A stretch of DNA of 64,000 nucleotides from an uncultured Chloroflexia bacterium (GCA_963754195.1 CAVWFD010000017.1:18692-82691), one strand, 5' to 3'. Positions 1 to 9,326 are shown, numbered from the stretch's first letter. The notes: generated by a model not told the origin, from the letters alone. Translations and numbers: made by a program.

Positions 1-1
1 A

Positions 2-151
2 GAAGCCAGACAATCACAAGCAGACTCTCCGGAGATTTACCTGTCGATATTGACGGCCAGGTTAGCGGACGCTGAATTGGCCGAATTAACCACTTATCTG
101 CGTTTCTCCAAGCAGACGGTCAGTGTCATCATGGGAAAACGGGCTAAATAA
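2..151 (+). CDS. 3' end of an unidentified CDS entering from outside the window (partial)
   Basis: Frame is open from the window edge to TAA at 149-151 (...LTTYLRFSKQTVSVIMGKRAK*) and is followed by a hairpin terminator. No family recognised. Confidence 0.3.
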   Translation, partial: EARQSQADSPEIYLSILTARLADAELAELTTYLRFSKQTVSVIMGKRAK

Positions 152-155
152 AAAG

Positions 156-188
156 AAAACAGGGAGGGCCGAAGCTCTCCCCTGTTTT
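156..188. terminator. Bidirectional hairpin terminator between convergent genes
   Basis: aaaacagggag / ctcccctgtttt arms. T-runs follow the stem on both strands, and it sits between the partial + CDS and rubrerythrin (-). Confidence 0.5.
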
Positions 189-208
189 ATAAAATCTGCT
201 TAACCTAT

Positions 209-712
209 CTATTCTATCTTTTTGAATTTACTGCCGGGTGTGCCGCAAATGGAACAGGTGTCAGGAGCATTGCCGGCGACAGTATTTCCGCAAACCGGAC
301 AAACGTAATAGATTTCGTCTTTGGGGGTTTGTTTGGTTTTGATTAGTTTCAGCATTTCCTGATACAGGTTGTAATGAATTTCCTCGACGGCATTTGCCCA
401 TTCAAAGGATTTCTGAGCGCGTGCATTCTCTTCTTCAACGGCTTTATCAATCATTACCGGGTACATTCTGGTAAATTCCAGGTGTTCGCCAATCACACCG
501 GCGCTGAGATTGTCGACAGAAGAGCCGACGGCGTCCATCGCATTGAAATGGTTTCGTGCGTGAACCGTTTCCGCTTCTGCGGCAGCCCGGAAAAGTCGCG
601 CGACCTGTTTTAATCCTTCTTTCTCTGCCTTTTCCGCAAAAAACGTGTAGCGGCGGTTAGCCTGACTTTCACCGGCAAAAGCCTCACGCAAATTATCATC
701 TGTTTTCGTCAT
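209..712 (-). CDS. rbr: Rubrerythrin (ferritin-like diiron domain plus C-terminal rubredoxin-like CxxC...CxxC)
   Basis: NLREAFAGESQANRRYTFFAEKAEKEG and EAETVHARNH motifs; C-terminal CPVCG...CSICG. Confidence 0.9.
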   Translation of the reverse strand: MTKTDDNLREAFAGESQANRRYTFFAEKAEKEGLKQVARLFRAAAEAETVHARNHFNAMDAVGSSVDNLSAGVIGEHLEFTRMYPVMIDKAVEEENARAQKSFEWANAVEEIHYNLYQEMLKLIKTKQTPKDEIYYVCPVCGNTVAGNAPDTCSICGTPGSKFKKIE

Positions 713-828
713 CTCAGTCCTCCGTTGTTAGTGATATTTGCCCCTATTATATAGGGATTATTTGTTTTCTACCAGTGGGCAATTAAATACGTAACACTAA
801 TATCGAAAACCTAAACAAATGCATCGAC

Positions 829-921
829 CATTGCGAGGTTAGTACCCGAAGCAATCTCGCTTGTGCGAAAGTCCGTTGGACAAAGAGATTGCCACGCCCG
901 TCTTCGACGGACTCGTAATGG
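829..921. repeat. Two family-A hairpin repeat units (GAGATTGCC...CTCGCAATGG type) in opposite orientation
   Basis: 829-859 cattgcgagg...gcaatctcg and 885-921 gagattgccacgcccgtcttcgacggactcgtaatgg. The same unit recurs at 18.1-18.7 kb and 30.36 kb. Confidence 0.6.
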
Positions 922-963
922 TTAGGCGGAAGAGTTTACAAACCAAAGGGAAACGGAGGTATA

Positions 964-1818
964 TCACGCGGAATTCCGTGTCTCCGTCAGATACGACTGC
1001 ATTCCCTGATTCTTCAACTGTATGAGCAGATTATCAGCCGGAGTCTTTTCCTCCATCAATGTAAACAGGGTTGGGCCGGAGCCAGCCAAATGGAGATTCG
1101 GAGCGCCGAGTTTAAGGATATGGTTGCGGTATTTGGTTAGTTCCTCACCAAAGGTGAAACTGATGTTTTCAAAGGTATTAAAGAGCCCCGAAGGAGAAAA
1201 CTCTCCTCTCAATTTCAAATTTATTACCAGCTTTTCTGTATACGTGCCATCGGTGTAATGAGCGGGTTGGAGCAGGTTGTAAGCCAGCTTCGTTTTTCCC
1301 GGTAAACGGGGCACGTTAGGAATAATCAGAATCACCCATTGATGCGGCATTGGGTTTAGAGGAGCTATTTTTTCTCCTTTCCCTTCCATTAGAGCCGTAC
1401 CTCCGAGAAAAAAGAAAGGCACATCGGAACCCAGTTGACTCCCTATTTCCCATAGCTTATTCTGCGATAATCCAAGCTCCCACAGTTGATTCAAGCCGCG
1501 TAAAACACCTGCAGCATCGCTACTATCACCGCCTAGCCCTGACAGGAAAGGGATACGCTTTTTGATTTCGATGGTTGCGCCTTTGGAGCAACCGGTAGTT
1601 TCCTGAATTAATCTCACCGCTTTCGCTACCAGGCTCTGTTCAGCAAGCCAGTCAGGCATATCGCATTTAAATTGAATGTCATTACCCTGAATAAATTGAA
1701 GAGAATCGCAGAAATTAACAGTCTGAATCACACTGCGAATCTCGTGGTAGCCATCGGGGCGTTTACCCAGAACTTCCAGAGTTAAATTGATTTTAGCGGG
1801 AGCTTCAATTATGAACAT
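964..1818 (-). CDS. ispE: 4-diphosphocytidyl-2-C-methyl-D-erythritol kinase
   Basis: APAKINLTLEVLGKRPDGYHEI N-terminus and GHMP-kinase motif GLGGDSSDAA. Confidence 0.9.
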   Translation of the reverse strand: MFIIEAPAKINLTLEVLGKRPDGYHEIRSVIQTVNFCDSLQFIQGNDIQFKCDMPDWLAEQSLVAKAVRLIQETTGCSKGATIEIKKRIPFLSGLGGDSSDAAGVLRGLNQLWELGLSQNKLWEIGSQLGSDVPFFFLGGTALMEGKGEKIAPLNPMPHQWVILIIPNVPRLPGKTKLAYNLLQPAHYTDGTYTEKLVINLKLRGEFSPSGLFNTFENISFTFGEELTKYRNHILKLGAPNLHLAGSGPTLFTLMEEKTPADNLLIQLKNQGMQSYLTETRNSA

Positions 1819-1861
1819 CTTATTGTGAAATCTCCGAATAGTTGGGTGATTGAATTCTATT

Positions 1862-1942
1862 CTCTCCCCTTCGCGGAGGGGAGATTAAGAGGGATTTACT
1901 TTCTTAAAATTCTCCCTTAGTCCCTCCTTAGAAAGGAGGGAG
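1862..1942. repeat. Family-C hairpin repeats (CTCCCC/GGGGAG and CTCCCTCC/GGAGGGAG stems)
   Basis: tctcccct-tcgc-ggaggggaga and ctccctcctta-gaa-aggagggag. Related CTCTCCC...GGGAGAG units lie at 38.96, 39.92 and 55.14 kb. Confidence 0.5.
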
Positions 1943-1969
1943 ACTCCTAATTCAGTTTTCTTTCGCTCA

Positions 1970-2809
1970 TTACTTTTTGAAAGCCTTATACAATATACCC
2001 CACTCGTCGATGGTCAGGGTTTCCGCCCTCCGTTGTTGGGCTATCCCAGCCTGTTCTAATATCGGAATGATTTCATCTTTCGGTATTTTCAGACCATTAG
2101 CCAGTGAATTCGGCAGTTGTTTCCGGTTAGCGCTGAAACCGGCTCTCACGATGTTAAAGAACCCTTCGATATCTCCGGTCTGAATTTTAGGTTGTGGATA
2201 GACAGCAATCTTGAGAATTGCCGAGTCCACCTTCGGTGCCGGATAGAAGCAGTGCGCCGAGACTTTACTGACAATGGTCGGCTTACCGTACAATTGAACG
2301 CTGACGCTGAGCAGGCTCATCTCCCCCGGCTGTGCGGTAATCTGTTTGGCTACTTCTTTCTGTACCATCAACACCATTAGATTCGGTTTGACCGGCGCTT
2401 CCAGGAAATGCCGAATGACAGCCGAGGTGATGTAGTAGGGTAAATTTGCGACGACTTTGTAACGGATCTCTTTACCCATCATATCCGCGGGATTCACTTT
2501 AAGGATATCTTTGTTAATCACGGTGACCTTGCCGACGTCGGTAAAACGGGTTTTTAAAATATCCGCGAGATGTATATCCAGTTCAACAGCGATGACTTTC
2601 CCGGTCTGCTCCATCAGTGTTTCCGTGAGTACTCCCAGCCCGGGTCCCACTTCAATCACTGTGTCTGCCGGTGTTAATTCCGCGGCGGCGGCAATCTTTT
2701 TCAGGATACCGCCTTCGATCAGAAAATTTTGCCCCAATCCCTTTTTGGCGTGCAGGTCATAACTCGCCAATAATCTTTTTGTTATGGTTAAAAGGGATTC
2801 AGTCTGCAT
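1970..2809 (-). CDS. rsmA: 16S rRNA (adenine1518/1519-N6)-dimethyltransferase
   Basis: GQNFL, VIEVGPGLGVLT (SAM motif) and ANLPYYITS motifs. Confidence 0.92.
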   Translation of the reverse strand: MQTESLLTITKRLLASYDLHAKKGLGQNFLIEGGILKKIAAAAELTPADTVIEVGPGLGVLTETLMEQTGKVIAVELDIHLADILKTRFTDVGKVTVINKDILKVNPADMMGKEIRYKVVANLPYYITSAVIRHFLEAPVKPNLMVLMVQKEVAKQITAQPGEMSLLSVSVQLYGKPTIVSKVSAHCFYPAPKVDSAILKIAVYPQPKIQTGDIEGFFNIVRAGFSANRKQLPNSLANGLKIPKDEIIPILEQAGIAQQRRAETLTIDEWGILYKAFKK

Positions 2810-2826
2810 AGTTGTTTTCTCGGAAA

Positions 2827-3696
2827 TCAGGACAGACTCAATTTTCGCTTGATTTCAGGGATAACCTTGCGCGCTGCCGCCGCGCCTTTTTCAATGCACT
2901 CTTCCGCCCGTTGAAAATCGGTAAACGAGATGTGAACGACATCAGGTTCGATCACGGCGTCAGCCGATTTTAGCGAGGTTTCGATAAACTTGGAGTCGAG
3001 GATATAAAAGGCTTTCATCATTATTGAGAAAATATTCGGCTCCCGCGTGTCGCTGGTGGCTCTATAAGGAAGAACATTGACCGAGATTACAAAATCGGCG
3101 CCCATATCCCGGACGGTTTTGGTGGGAACCGGGTTCATCAATCCGCCATCAACCAGATTTCTGCCGTGCCATTTTACCAAAGTAAAAATTACCGGGATGG
3201 AAGCGCTGGCTCTGACCGCTTCCCAGACCTTACCATCTTGGATAACTACTTCTTCGCCGTTATCGATGTCCACGGCAACACAGGAAAACGGGATAGGCAG
3301 ATCGTGAAATTCCGTTTCACCGCCGATGATTGTTTTCAATTCCTGTTCAATGCGGTGGCCTTTGATGATACCAGTCCACGGACTGGTCAAATCCGAAAAG
3401 GCCCCTATTTTTTGTAAGCCAATGGCGGTTGCCAGCGGTTTTACCGCTTGAACATGCGGAATCGTGAAATCCGAAAAATACCTGACTCTATGCGAGCCGA
3501 AGGCAATTGCCAGATTTTTCATCAATTTGACGTCTTGTTTTCTAGAGTAAATCGCGCCGATAATAGCACCCATACTGGTACCGGCAATCATATCGATAGT
3601 AATGCCCTCTTTCTCCAAGACCTGCAGCACCCCGATATGTGCCAACCCGCGAGCCGCGCCCCCACCCAGGGCTAACCCGATTTTTTTCCTGCTCAC
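2827..3696 (-). CDS. Patatin-like phospholipase (RssA/NTE-like)
   Basis: GLALGGGAARGLAHIGVL oxyanion motif, GTSMGA (GxSxG) and DGGLMNPVP catalytic Asp. The GTG start overlaps the upstream stop (GTGA). Confidence 0.85.
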   Translation of the reverse strand: MSRKKIGLALGGGAARGLAHIGVLQVLEKEGITIDMIAGTSMGAIIGAIYSRKQDVKLMKNLAIAFGSHRVRYFSDFTIPHVQAVKPLATAIGLQKIGAFSDLTSPWTGIIKGHRIEQELKTIIGGETEFHDLPIPFSCVAVDIDNGEEVVIQDGKVWEAVRASASIPVIFTLVKWHGRNLVDGGLMNPVPTKTVRDMGADFVISVNVLPYRATSDTREPNIFSIMMKAFYILDSKFIETSLKSADAVIEPDVVHISFTDFQRAEECIEKGAAAARKVIPEIKRKLSLS

Positions 3697-5312
3697 TCGA
3701 ATAATTCCTTGATATCTTTTTCGGCTTGTTTGGTGAAATCACCGGCGTGGGTAAATTCCTCATAGGATTTGGGTGTACCCCATTCCCTGGTTCTAATGGG
3801 CACCGGCATTGGGACGGCGTGTCCAAAAATCAGCGCCTGTTGTTTCGGCGCCAGCCTGGCCAATACGGTTTTCAACTCGTTTTTACCGCTGACACCGGCC
3901 AGCACGGCATCAATGTCCCGTTCGTTATCCAGCAGGCAGGTGATTTTGGTGCCCAGTTGCGACATGACTTCTTCGTCAATGGCGCTGGGGCGCTGGTCGA
4001 TGACGAGCAGGGTAACGTTGTATTTCCGCATCTCCCGGGCAATCGTACCGAAAATGGTGTAACCGGCAATTTCACGGTTCAGGAATTTGTGAGCTTCTTC
4101 AATGGTGATAACCAGTGGTGTCGGGGGTGATACTTTACCGGCCATAGATGCTTCCATTTTCTCCTGATAACGCTTATAAATACGGCTGGCAAGCATATTG
4201 GCGACCAGCATGTAAGCCGTTATATCACGATGCCTGCCAAATTCCAGAACTACATTCATTCCGCGTTCCAGATATTCCAGAATGCTGGCTGTGGCATTCA
4301 TCGGCGCATGTGCCACAATGAAAGGCAGTCTGCGGATAGTGGCCAACCCTCTGCGTAAATTCTGGAAAGTGCTTTCGTGGATGTTCATTTCCTGCAAGAA
4401 TTCCGTAGTTTCATCGGAATCCGGCATATCCAGAGTTTTTTGCATCCAGTCTCTACCCCAACGGCGATGTAACTGATAGACTGCTTCCACCGCAGGGTCG
4501 GTGAGATTAAGTGTTTGCCTGAGTAAAGAGATATCTTCCGGTTCAATCTCATCGTAGCCGATTCTTACCACAAAGTCCGTGCTTACACCACGGTGTCTGG
4601 AGTTCTCTTCATCCAGCGTAAATACGGCCACCTTCGAGGGGAAAAGCGGCTTTAAAGCTTTAACTGTGCGCTGACCGCCCTCACTCGTTCCCGCCCATCC
4701 GTATTCGTTTTGCATATCAAAAATGAGATTGGTAGCTTTACTTTTTTGCAGCATTCCAATCAACAAAAGTCGGGTAAGGAATGTTTTACCGGTGCCGCTC
4801 TTACCGAAAATGCCATTACTGCGTTTTACCAGTTCCTCAAGGTTCAGACAGAGCTTGGTTTCCATATCCAGCGGATTGCCAATATAAAACCGCGAACTGT
4901 CCTCTTTACCGAAGACCAGTTCCATATCAGCTTCCGATGCCAGTTTCACGCGGGAGAAATGACTGGGTACGGTTTTGACCGGTTGCGGTCCCTCGATAAC
5001 ACTGTTGACATCGCCGCCGATAGTCAGCATCGGTAGAACATGTAATGAGCCGTAAGTGGCCGTGCCTTCCAGAATTTCCGCGGTAAAAGCATCCGATGTA
5101 TCAGGCGGCGAGGTGGTGATTTCCTCATCAGTAACGCCGAGGCAGATATCCGTGACCATACCGAAGAAACGCCGTTTTTTGCCTTCGATTGTCACGTACC
5201 TCCCTACCACCATATCCTCAACCGAAGCAGAACTGTCTAAACGGACATCAGTGCCTTTCTCTACCGAACCGGTGACAACGATACCTAGATTTTGATCAGG
5301 TTGTGTTTCCAT
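3693..5312 (-). CDS. HerA/FtsK-superfamily (DUF87-type) P-loop ATPase with N-terminal HAS-barrel-like region
   Basis: Walker A GKSGTGKTFL; Walker B-like LVITIEEAHKF; N-terminal beta-rich VGRYVTIEGKKRRFFGMVTDI segment. Confidence 0.8.
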   Translation of the reverse strand: METQPDQNLGIVVTGSVEKGTDVRLDSSASVEDMVVGRYVTIEGKKRRFFGMVTDICLGVTDEEITTSPPDTSDAFTAEILEGTATYGSLHVLPMLTIGGDVNSVIEGPQPVKTVPSHFSRVKLASEADMELVFGKEDSSRFYIGNPLDMETKLCLNLEELVKRSNGIFGKSGTGKTFLTRLLLIGMLQKSKATNLIFDMQNEYGWAGTSEGGQRTVKALKPLFPSKVAVFTLDEENSRHRGVSTDFVVRIGYDEIEPEDISLLRQTLNLTDPAVEAVYQLHRRWGRDWMQKTLDMPDSDETTEFLQEMNIHESTFQNLRRGLATIRRLPFIVAHAPMNATASILEYLERGMNVVLEFGRHRDITAYMLVANMLASRIYKRYQEKMEASMAGKVSPPTPLVITIEEAHKFLNREIAGYTIFGTIAREMRKYNVTLLVIDQRPSAIDEEVMSQLGTKITCLLDNERDIDAVLAGVSGKNELKTVLARLAPKQQALIFGHAVPMPVPIRTREWGTPKSYEEFTHAGDFTKQAEKDIKELFE

Positions 5313-5899
5313 TATTGTTTCAGCCTCGCCAGAATAGTCTTCAGCCGATGATATTCGCCGCTGAGTGTTGCGGTCAAAGCTTTACCGGCTGCGATTAAGA
5401 AAGCATGCGGGTCGGTTTGCGCTTTACTCATCTCACGCAAAGTAGCGGCCACCAGTTCTTCTGTTGAAATTTGTAAGCGGTTATTAACTAACATGCTTAA
5501 AAATTCGAAGGACTGACTAAACTGTTTGATTTCCTCGGAAGTACAAAGATGCACAAATGCGTGAATGTGCGCCGGTCTGGGAGGTAGATATTGTAATATT
5601 TTACCGTCGATTTTATGCCCAACCACTAGAACCTGGAATTCACTTCGCAGCAATTTCGTGAGTTGCGGGCTGGTTTGATAGACGGCCTCTTCTGAGGTTT
5701 CATCTTTCCCGCGGGCAATCGGTCGTCTGCCCGGCTCAATACCGGCCGTCCCGGACTGATAGACAATCCCAATAATCTCCAGATTCGGCGCTGTGATTTT
5801 TACCAGACTGCCGAGTGAAGGTAAATTATGCAGTTCATAACTCTCCGCCGTAAATTCGGTGGAGCCGGACTCGATTATTTCTCCCAATTTAGTTGACAT
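5312..5899 (-). CDS. Hypothetical protein, HAS-barrel-like N-terminus; translationally coupled to the HerA-like gene
   Basis: 195-aa ORF. LGEIIESGSTEFTAESYE...LGSLVKI...IIGIVY resembles the barrel segment of HerA-type proteins. Its stop overlaps the HerA ATG (TAATG). Confidence 0.5.
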   Translation of the reverse strand: MSTKLGEIIESGSTEFTAESYELHNLPSLGSLVKITAPNLEIIGIVYQSGTAGIEPGRRPIARGKDETSEEAVYQTSPQLTKLLRSEFQVLVVGHKIDGKILQYLPPRPAHIHAFVHLCTSEEIKQFSQSFEFLSMLVNNRLQISTEELVAATLREMSKAQTDPHAFLIAAGKALTATLSGEYHRLKTILARLKQ

Positions 5900-6110
5900 A
5901 AAACACCTTCGGTGAAGCCCTAAATACTAATATCGAAACACTAAACAATTGCTAAATACTGAAAGTGTTTTTCAGTACCCTGTCAGCGTATTCTATACTA
6001 CCAGTGATTTTCGGTCAACCTGCCTGTTGGTTGCATTCAGAATGATATGATGATAATATCCTGATAATGTACCTCGATTCCGAGAGTAATTTATTGTCAG
6101 GAGGTAAATA

Positions 6111-6398
6111 TTGGTAGTTCTTACGGCAATAATAAAAGCTGCAGATGGCAAGGGTAACGATGTCGAACGGGAGTTAAAGAAGTTAGCGCCTAAAGTATTA
6201 AAGGACCCCGGAGCGATTGCTTATAATGTGCACCGTGCGGTAGATAACCCGAATACATTCCTGGTATACGAGCAATATGAGAATCAGGATGCCTTCAAAT
6301 TTCACGGACAAACGGAACATTTCAAAGCCTACCGGCAAGCGACCAGAGAAATGATTATCGGGCAGCCGGAAATTGTTTTTTATAATAAGGTTGCTTAA
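6111..6398 (+). CDS. Antibiotic-biosynthesis-monooxygenase (ABM) domain protein
   Basis: 95-aa ferredoxin-like ABM pattern (FLVYEQYENQDAFKFHGQTEHFKAY). AGGAGG RBS before the TTG start. Confidence 0.7.
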   Translation: MVVLTAIIKAADGKGNDVERELKKLAPKVLKDPGAIAYNVHRAVDNPNTFLVYEQYENQDAFKFHGQTEHFKAYRQATREMIIGQPEIVFYNKVA

Positions 6399-6424
6399 CA
6401 TTATTTGAGATCAGGAGTCAGTAA

Positions 6425-7183
6425 ATGGAACAGAAACCAACCGGTGAAAACCCGGGGAATGCACAGACAAACCCGGAGATAATTCTTTCTCCTCCGTCCA
6501 CCGGTAGCATCCCTCCAGCCCCTGACAAAATCTGTCCGAGTTGCGGTACAGCAAATGCTTCCGGGGCTGCTTATTGCTACAAATGTGGCGTAAAATTACC
6601 GGATGCTATGCCACCGGATAAGAAAATCTGTACCGGATGTGGTGCACCTAACTCCCTGTCCTCTCAGTATTGTTATAAGTGCGGTTTACAGCTTCCCGTT
6701 AAGGCTGGGGGTAACAAGGAAATGAAATTCGGCGGGTTCGGGGAAAGACTGATTGCCTTTATTATTAATGGGATATTATCGGGTATTTTAATTATTATAG
6801 TTTTCTCATTCATCATCGCGAGCAAGTATGATGTATCCACATTAAATGAAATGGCTGACAATATGAGAACAGCAGGGGTAGTCGATAGTAGAATCTGGTC
6901 AATGATGGGGATATTATTATTGACTTTCTTAATTGTGACGGTTTTATATTCCACCATCTCTATCGGCATTTGGGGTAGAACGATCGGTAAAGCGGTTTTC
7001 AAGCTCAAAGTGGTTAAGCCCGATGGTTCCCGTATCGGTATCATCCGAGCGTTCGGGCGGAGTATAGCTTACATCCTGAATTATTGCACTCTGGGTCTTA
7101 GTTTTATTATCATCGCCTTTACTCATAAAAAACGCGGTATTCATGATTATATTGCCGATACGATTGTGATAAAAACCGACTAG
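6425..7183 (+). CDS. RDD-family membrane protein with two N-terminal zinc ribbons
   Basis: CPSCG...YCYKCG and CTGCG...YCYKCG, then TM helices and WGRTIGKAVFKLKV...HDYIADT (RDD-type core). Confidence 0.75.
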   Translation: MEQKPTGENPGNAQTNPEIILSPPSTGSIPPAPDKICPSCGTANASGAAYCYKCGVKLPDAMPPDKKICTGCGAPNSLSSQYCYKCGLQLPVKAGGNKEMKFGGFGERLIAFIINGILSGILIIIVFSFIIASKYDVSTLNEMADNMRTAGVVDSRIWSMMGILLLTFLIVTVLYSTISIGIWGRTIGKAVFKLKVVKPDGSRIGIIRAFGRSIAYILNYCTLGLSFIIIAFTHKKRGIHDYIADTIVIKTD

Positions 7184-7201
7184 ACGGGCTAGGTTTGAAT
7201 C

Positions 7202-8158
7202 ATGCAGTTTTTACTGATTCCGGTTCTCGGTCTGGCACCGGGCCTTTTCTGGCTCTGGCTCATTTACAGAGGTAATAAATATCATCCGGAACCAAAAAGA
7301 CTGGTTATCCGCACGTTTCTGCTCGGTATGGCAGTCGTAATTCCTGTCGTGCTTGTTGAAACGGCGCTGATTTTACCCTATGTATTTACGCATCTTGCAG
7401 AATTCAGGAATTTTTCCGTTGCTAATATCAACAATTTATCCCTCGGGGAATCGGCATATATTTCTTTCGTGGTCGCCGGTTTTACGGAGGAGCTTTTCAA
7501 ATTCCTGGTGGTAAGAACCTCTATTTATCGGTCTCCGTATTTTGACGAACCAATCGATGGGCTGGTGTATTCTTCGGCGGCGGCATTGGGTTTTGCTTCA
7601 CTGGAGAATATTGAATACCTGCTCGAATTTGGCTGGCAAACTGCCCTTGTCAGGGCACCCATCACCACGCTGGCGCATGTTATGTTTTCAGCATTATGGG
7701 GTTATCCGTTGGCTTTGAAAAAGTTGAAGAGAAAAAACTCTACAATTTTACTCTGGCTGGGGTTGCTGGGCGCAATGGCCGGCCACGGGCTTTTCGATTT
7801 TCTGGTGTTTCAACAAGGCAGTTCATCGGTAAATATTCCGATTCTCATCGGGTTAATCGTGTTGTTTGCAGGACTGTTGGTTATTTTTATTCTATTAATA
7901 AAACGCGGCCAGAAAACATCCCCGTTTAAAGATAAGAATGCTGGATTGCTTATTGCTTGCCCGAATTGCCGGAATCACACTCCTTACTATTCTGCTTTTT
8001 GTCCGTCCTGCGGTACCAAACTGTTAGAAAATAAAGATACCTATCCATTATTCTGTGGGAAATGCGGTAGCGAAGTTAGCAGTATGACCAATTATTGCCC
8101 AACCTGCGGCAGTCGCATCGGTAAAAAACCGGGGCCTGGCAATGAAAATCATCGATGA
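7202..8158 (+). CDS. PrsW-family intramembrane protease with two C-terminal zinc ribbons
   Basis: Multi-TM protein with FTEELFKF and AGHGLFDF motifs; C-terminal CPNC...CPSCG and CGKCG...CPTCG. Confidence 0.75.
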   Translation: MQFLLIPVLGLAPGLFWLWLIYRGNKYHPEPKRLVIRTFLLGMAVVIPVVLVETALILPYVFTHLAEFRNFSVANINNLSLGESAYISFVVAGFTEELFKFLVVRTSIYRSPYFDEPIDGLVYSSAAALGFASLENIEYLLEFGWQTALVRAPITTLAHVMFSALWGYPLALKKLKRKNSTILLWLGLLGAMAGHGLFDFLVFQQGSSSVNIPILIGLIVLFAGLLVIFILLIKRGQKTSPFKDKNAGLLIACPNCRNHTPYYSAFCPSCGTKLLENKDTYPLFCGKCGSEVSSMTNYCPTCGSRIGKKPGPGNENHR

Positions 8159-8726
8159 AAAATTCAATGAATGGACTAAAGACAGAAGCCAGCTCGACGC
8201 CAAGATCAACATCTATCGGCAGATAAGAGATATACCTTATGCTATTGTTCCGGAGCTGATCGGCTTCCAAAACTATGCCGATATCTTAACTGTGGGCAAA
8301 GGATCCTGTTCTCCTAAACACTTTCTGCTGTGCGAGATGTTCCAGAGGCTTGGCTTATCAGTGCTGTTTGTTGTCTATCCCCATCGGTGGGATGAGAGCG
8401 AAGATCTATTAGGGGAATACTCGAAAAAACTAAAGAAGATGTCGCAAGATATGCCAATCAGTCATCATGTTGCCTGTAAAGTCGAAATAGACGGCAGTCT
8501 GGTTTTAGTTGACGCTACTCTTGATTTACCATTGCAGAAAGCTTGTTGGCCGGTAAATATCGCTTGGGATGGCAGAAGCGACACGGTTTTACCGATAACT
8601 CCCTGCGGCAAAGAAGAATTATATCATCCGTCGGAAGCGCCGCTGATGAGTGCCCGAATCGACGCGCAATTTTTGGATTTTTATCGGGAATTGAATAATT
8701 TCCTGGAATGGATAAGGCGGATTTAA
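8142..8726 (+). CDS. Transglutaminase-like cysteine protease fold protein
   Basis: GKGSCSPKHFLLCEMFQRLG (Cys), HHVACKV (His) and LVDATLD (Asp) in transglutaminase-core order. Confidence 0.65.
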   Translation: MKIIDEKFNEWTKDRSQLDAKINIYRQIRDIPYAIVPELIGFQNYADILTVGKGSCSPKHFLLCEMFQRLGLSVLFVVYPHRWDESEDLLGEYSKKLKKMSQDMPISHHVACKVEIDGSLVLVDATLDLPLQKACWPVNIAWDGRSDTVLPITPCGKEELYHPSEAPLMSARIDAQFLDFYRELNNFLEWIRRI

Positions 8727-9125
8727 TTACTGTGTACAATTCGTCTGGCGCTGTTTGAGTTTGGCTTGAATGCGGGCAAGAAGTTCACGCATACGGAATG
8801 GTTTGGTAATGTACCCGTTGGCATCTCTGGAGAGGAGTTCGCGAGATGCCAGCAAATCGCTTTGTCCGGAAAGTATGATGACCGGTACATCAGACTCATT
8901 ACGTATCAATTCAATAGTTTGTAGAATATTATTGCTGTACACGACCACGTCAAGCACAACAACATCCGGTTTCTTCGTGTCTAATAAATCCAAAAGAGTT
9001 TCTCTTTCGGTTGTCATGAAGACATTGTAACCTTCGACCGTAAATATCTCTTTAAGGATTTTTATTAACCCATCGGTCTCACCGTATAATAGAATGAGCG
9101 GATGCTTCTCATCTTGAGTATTCAT
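8727..9125 (-). CDS. Stand-alone response-regulator receiver domain
   Basis: 132 aa; PDVVVLDVVV acceptor-Asp region and GYITKPF; no output domain. Confidence 0.8.
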   Translation of the reverse strand: MNTQDEKHPLILLYGETDGLIKILKEIFTVEGYNVFMTTERETLLDLLDTKKPDVVVLDVVVYSNNILQTIELIRNESDVPVIILSGQSDLLASRELLSRDANGYITKPFRMRELLARIQAKLKQRQTNCTQ

Positions 9126-9297
9126 CTCATCCTCCTTTTAAAAAGGCAAAATCGATGTTTTATAGACGCGGCATTAACAATAGCCGGATACTAAGGGAAA
9201 CGGGCAAACGCTAGCGATAATAATAGCAAATATAATGCCTGATGTCAAGATAAAAAGATGATGGGTATCTTTTAGTTGCAAATTAAATAGTGTTGTT

Positions 9298-9326
9298 TTG
9301 TATTGCCTGTACTCTTGCGTTATACT
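9298..9326 (+). promoter_or_regulatory. Candidate sigma70-type promoter of relA/spoT
   Basis: TTGTAT-17 nt-TATACT, about 20 nt upstream of the GTG start. Confidence 0.35.
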
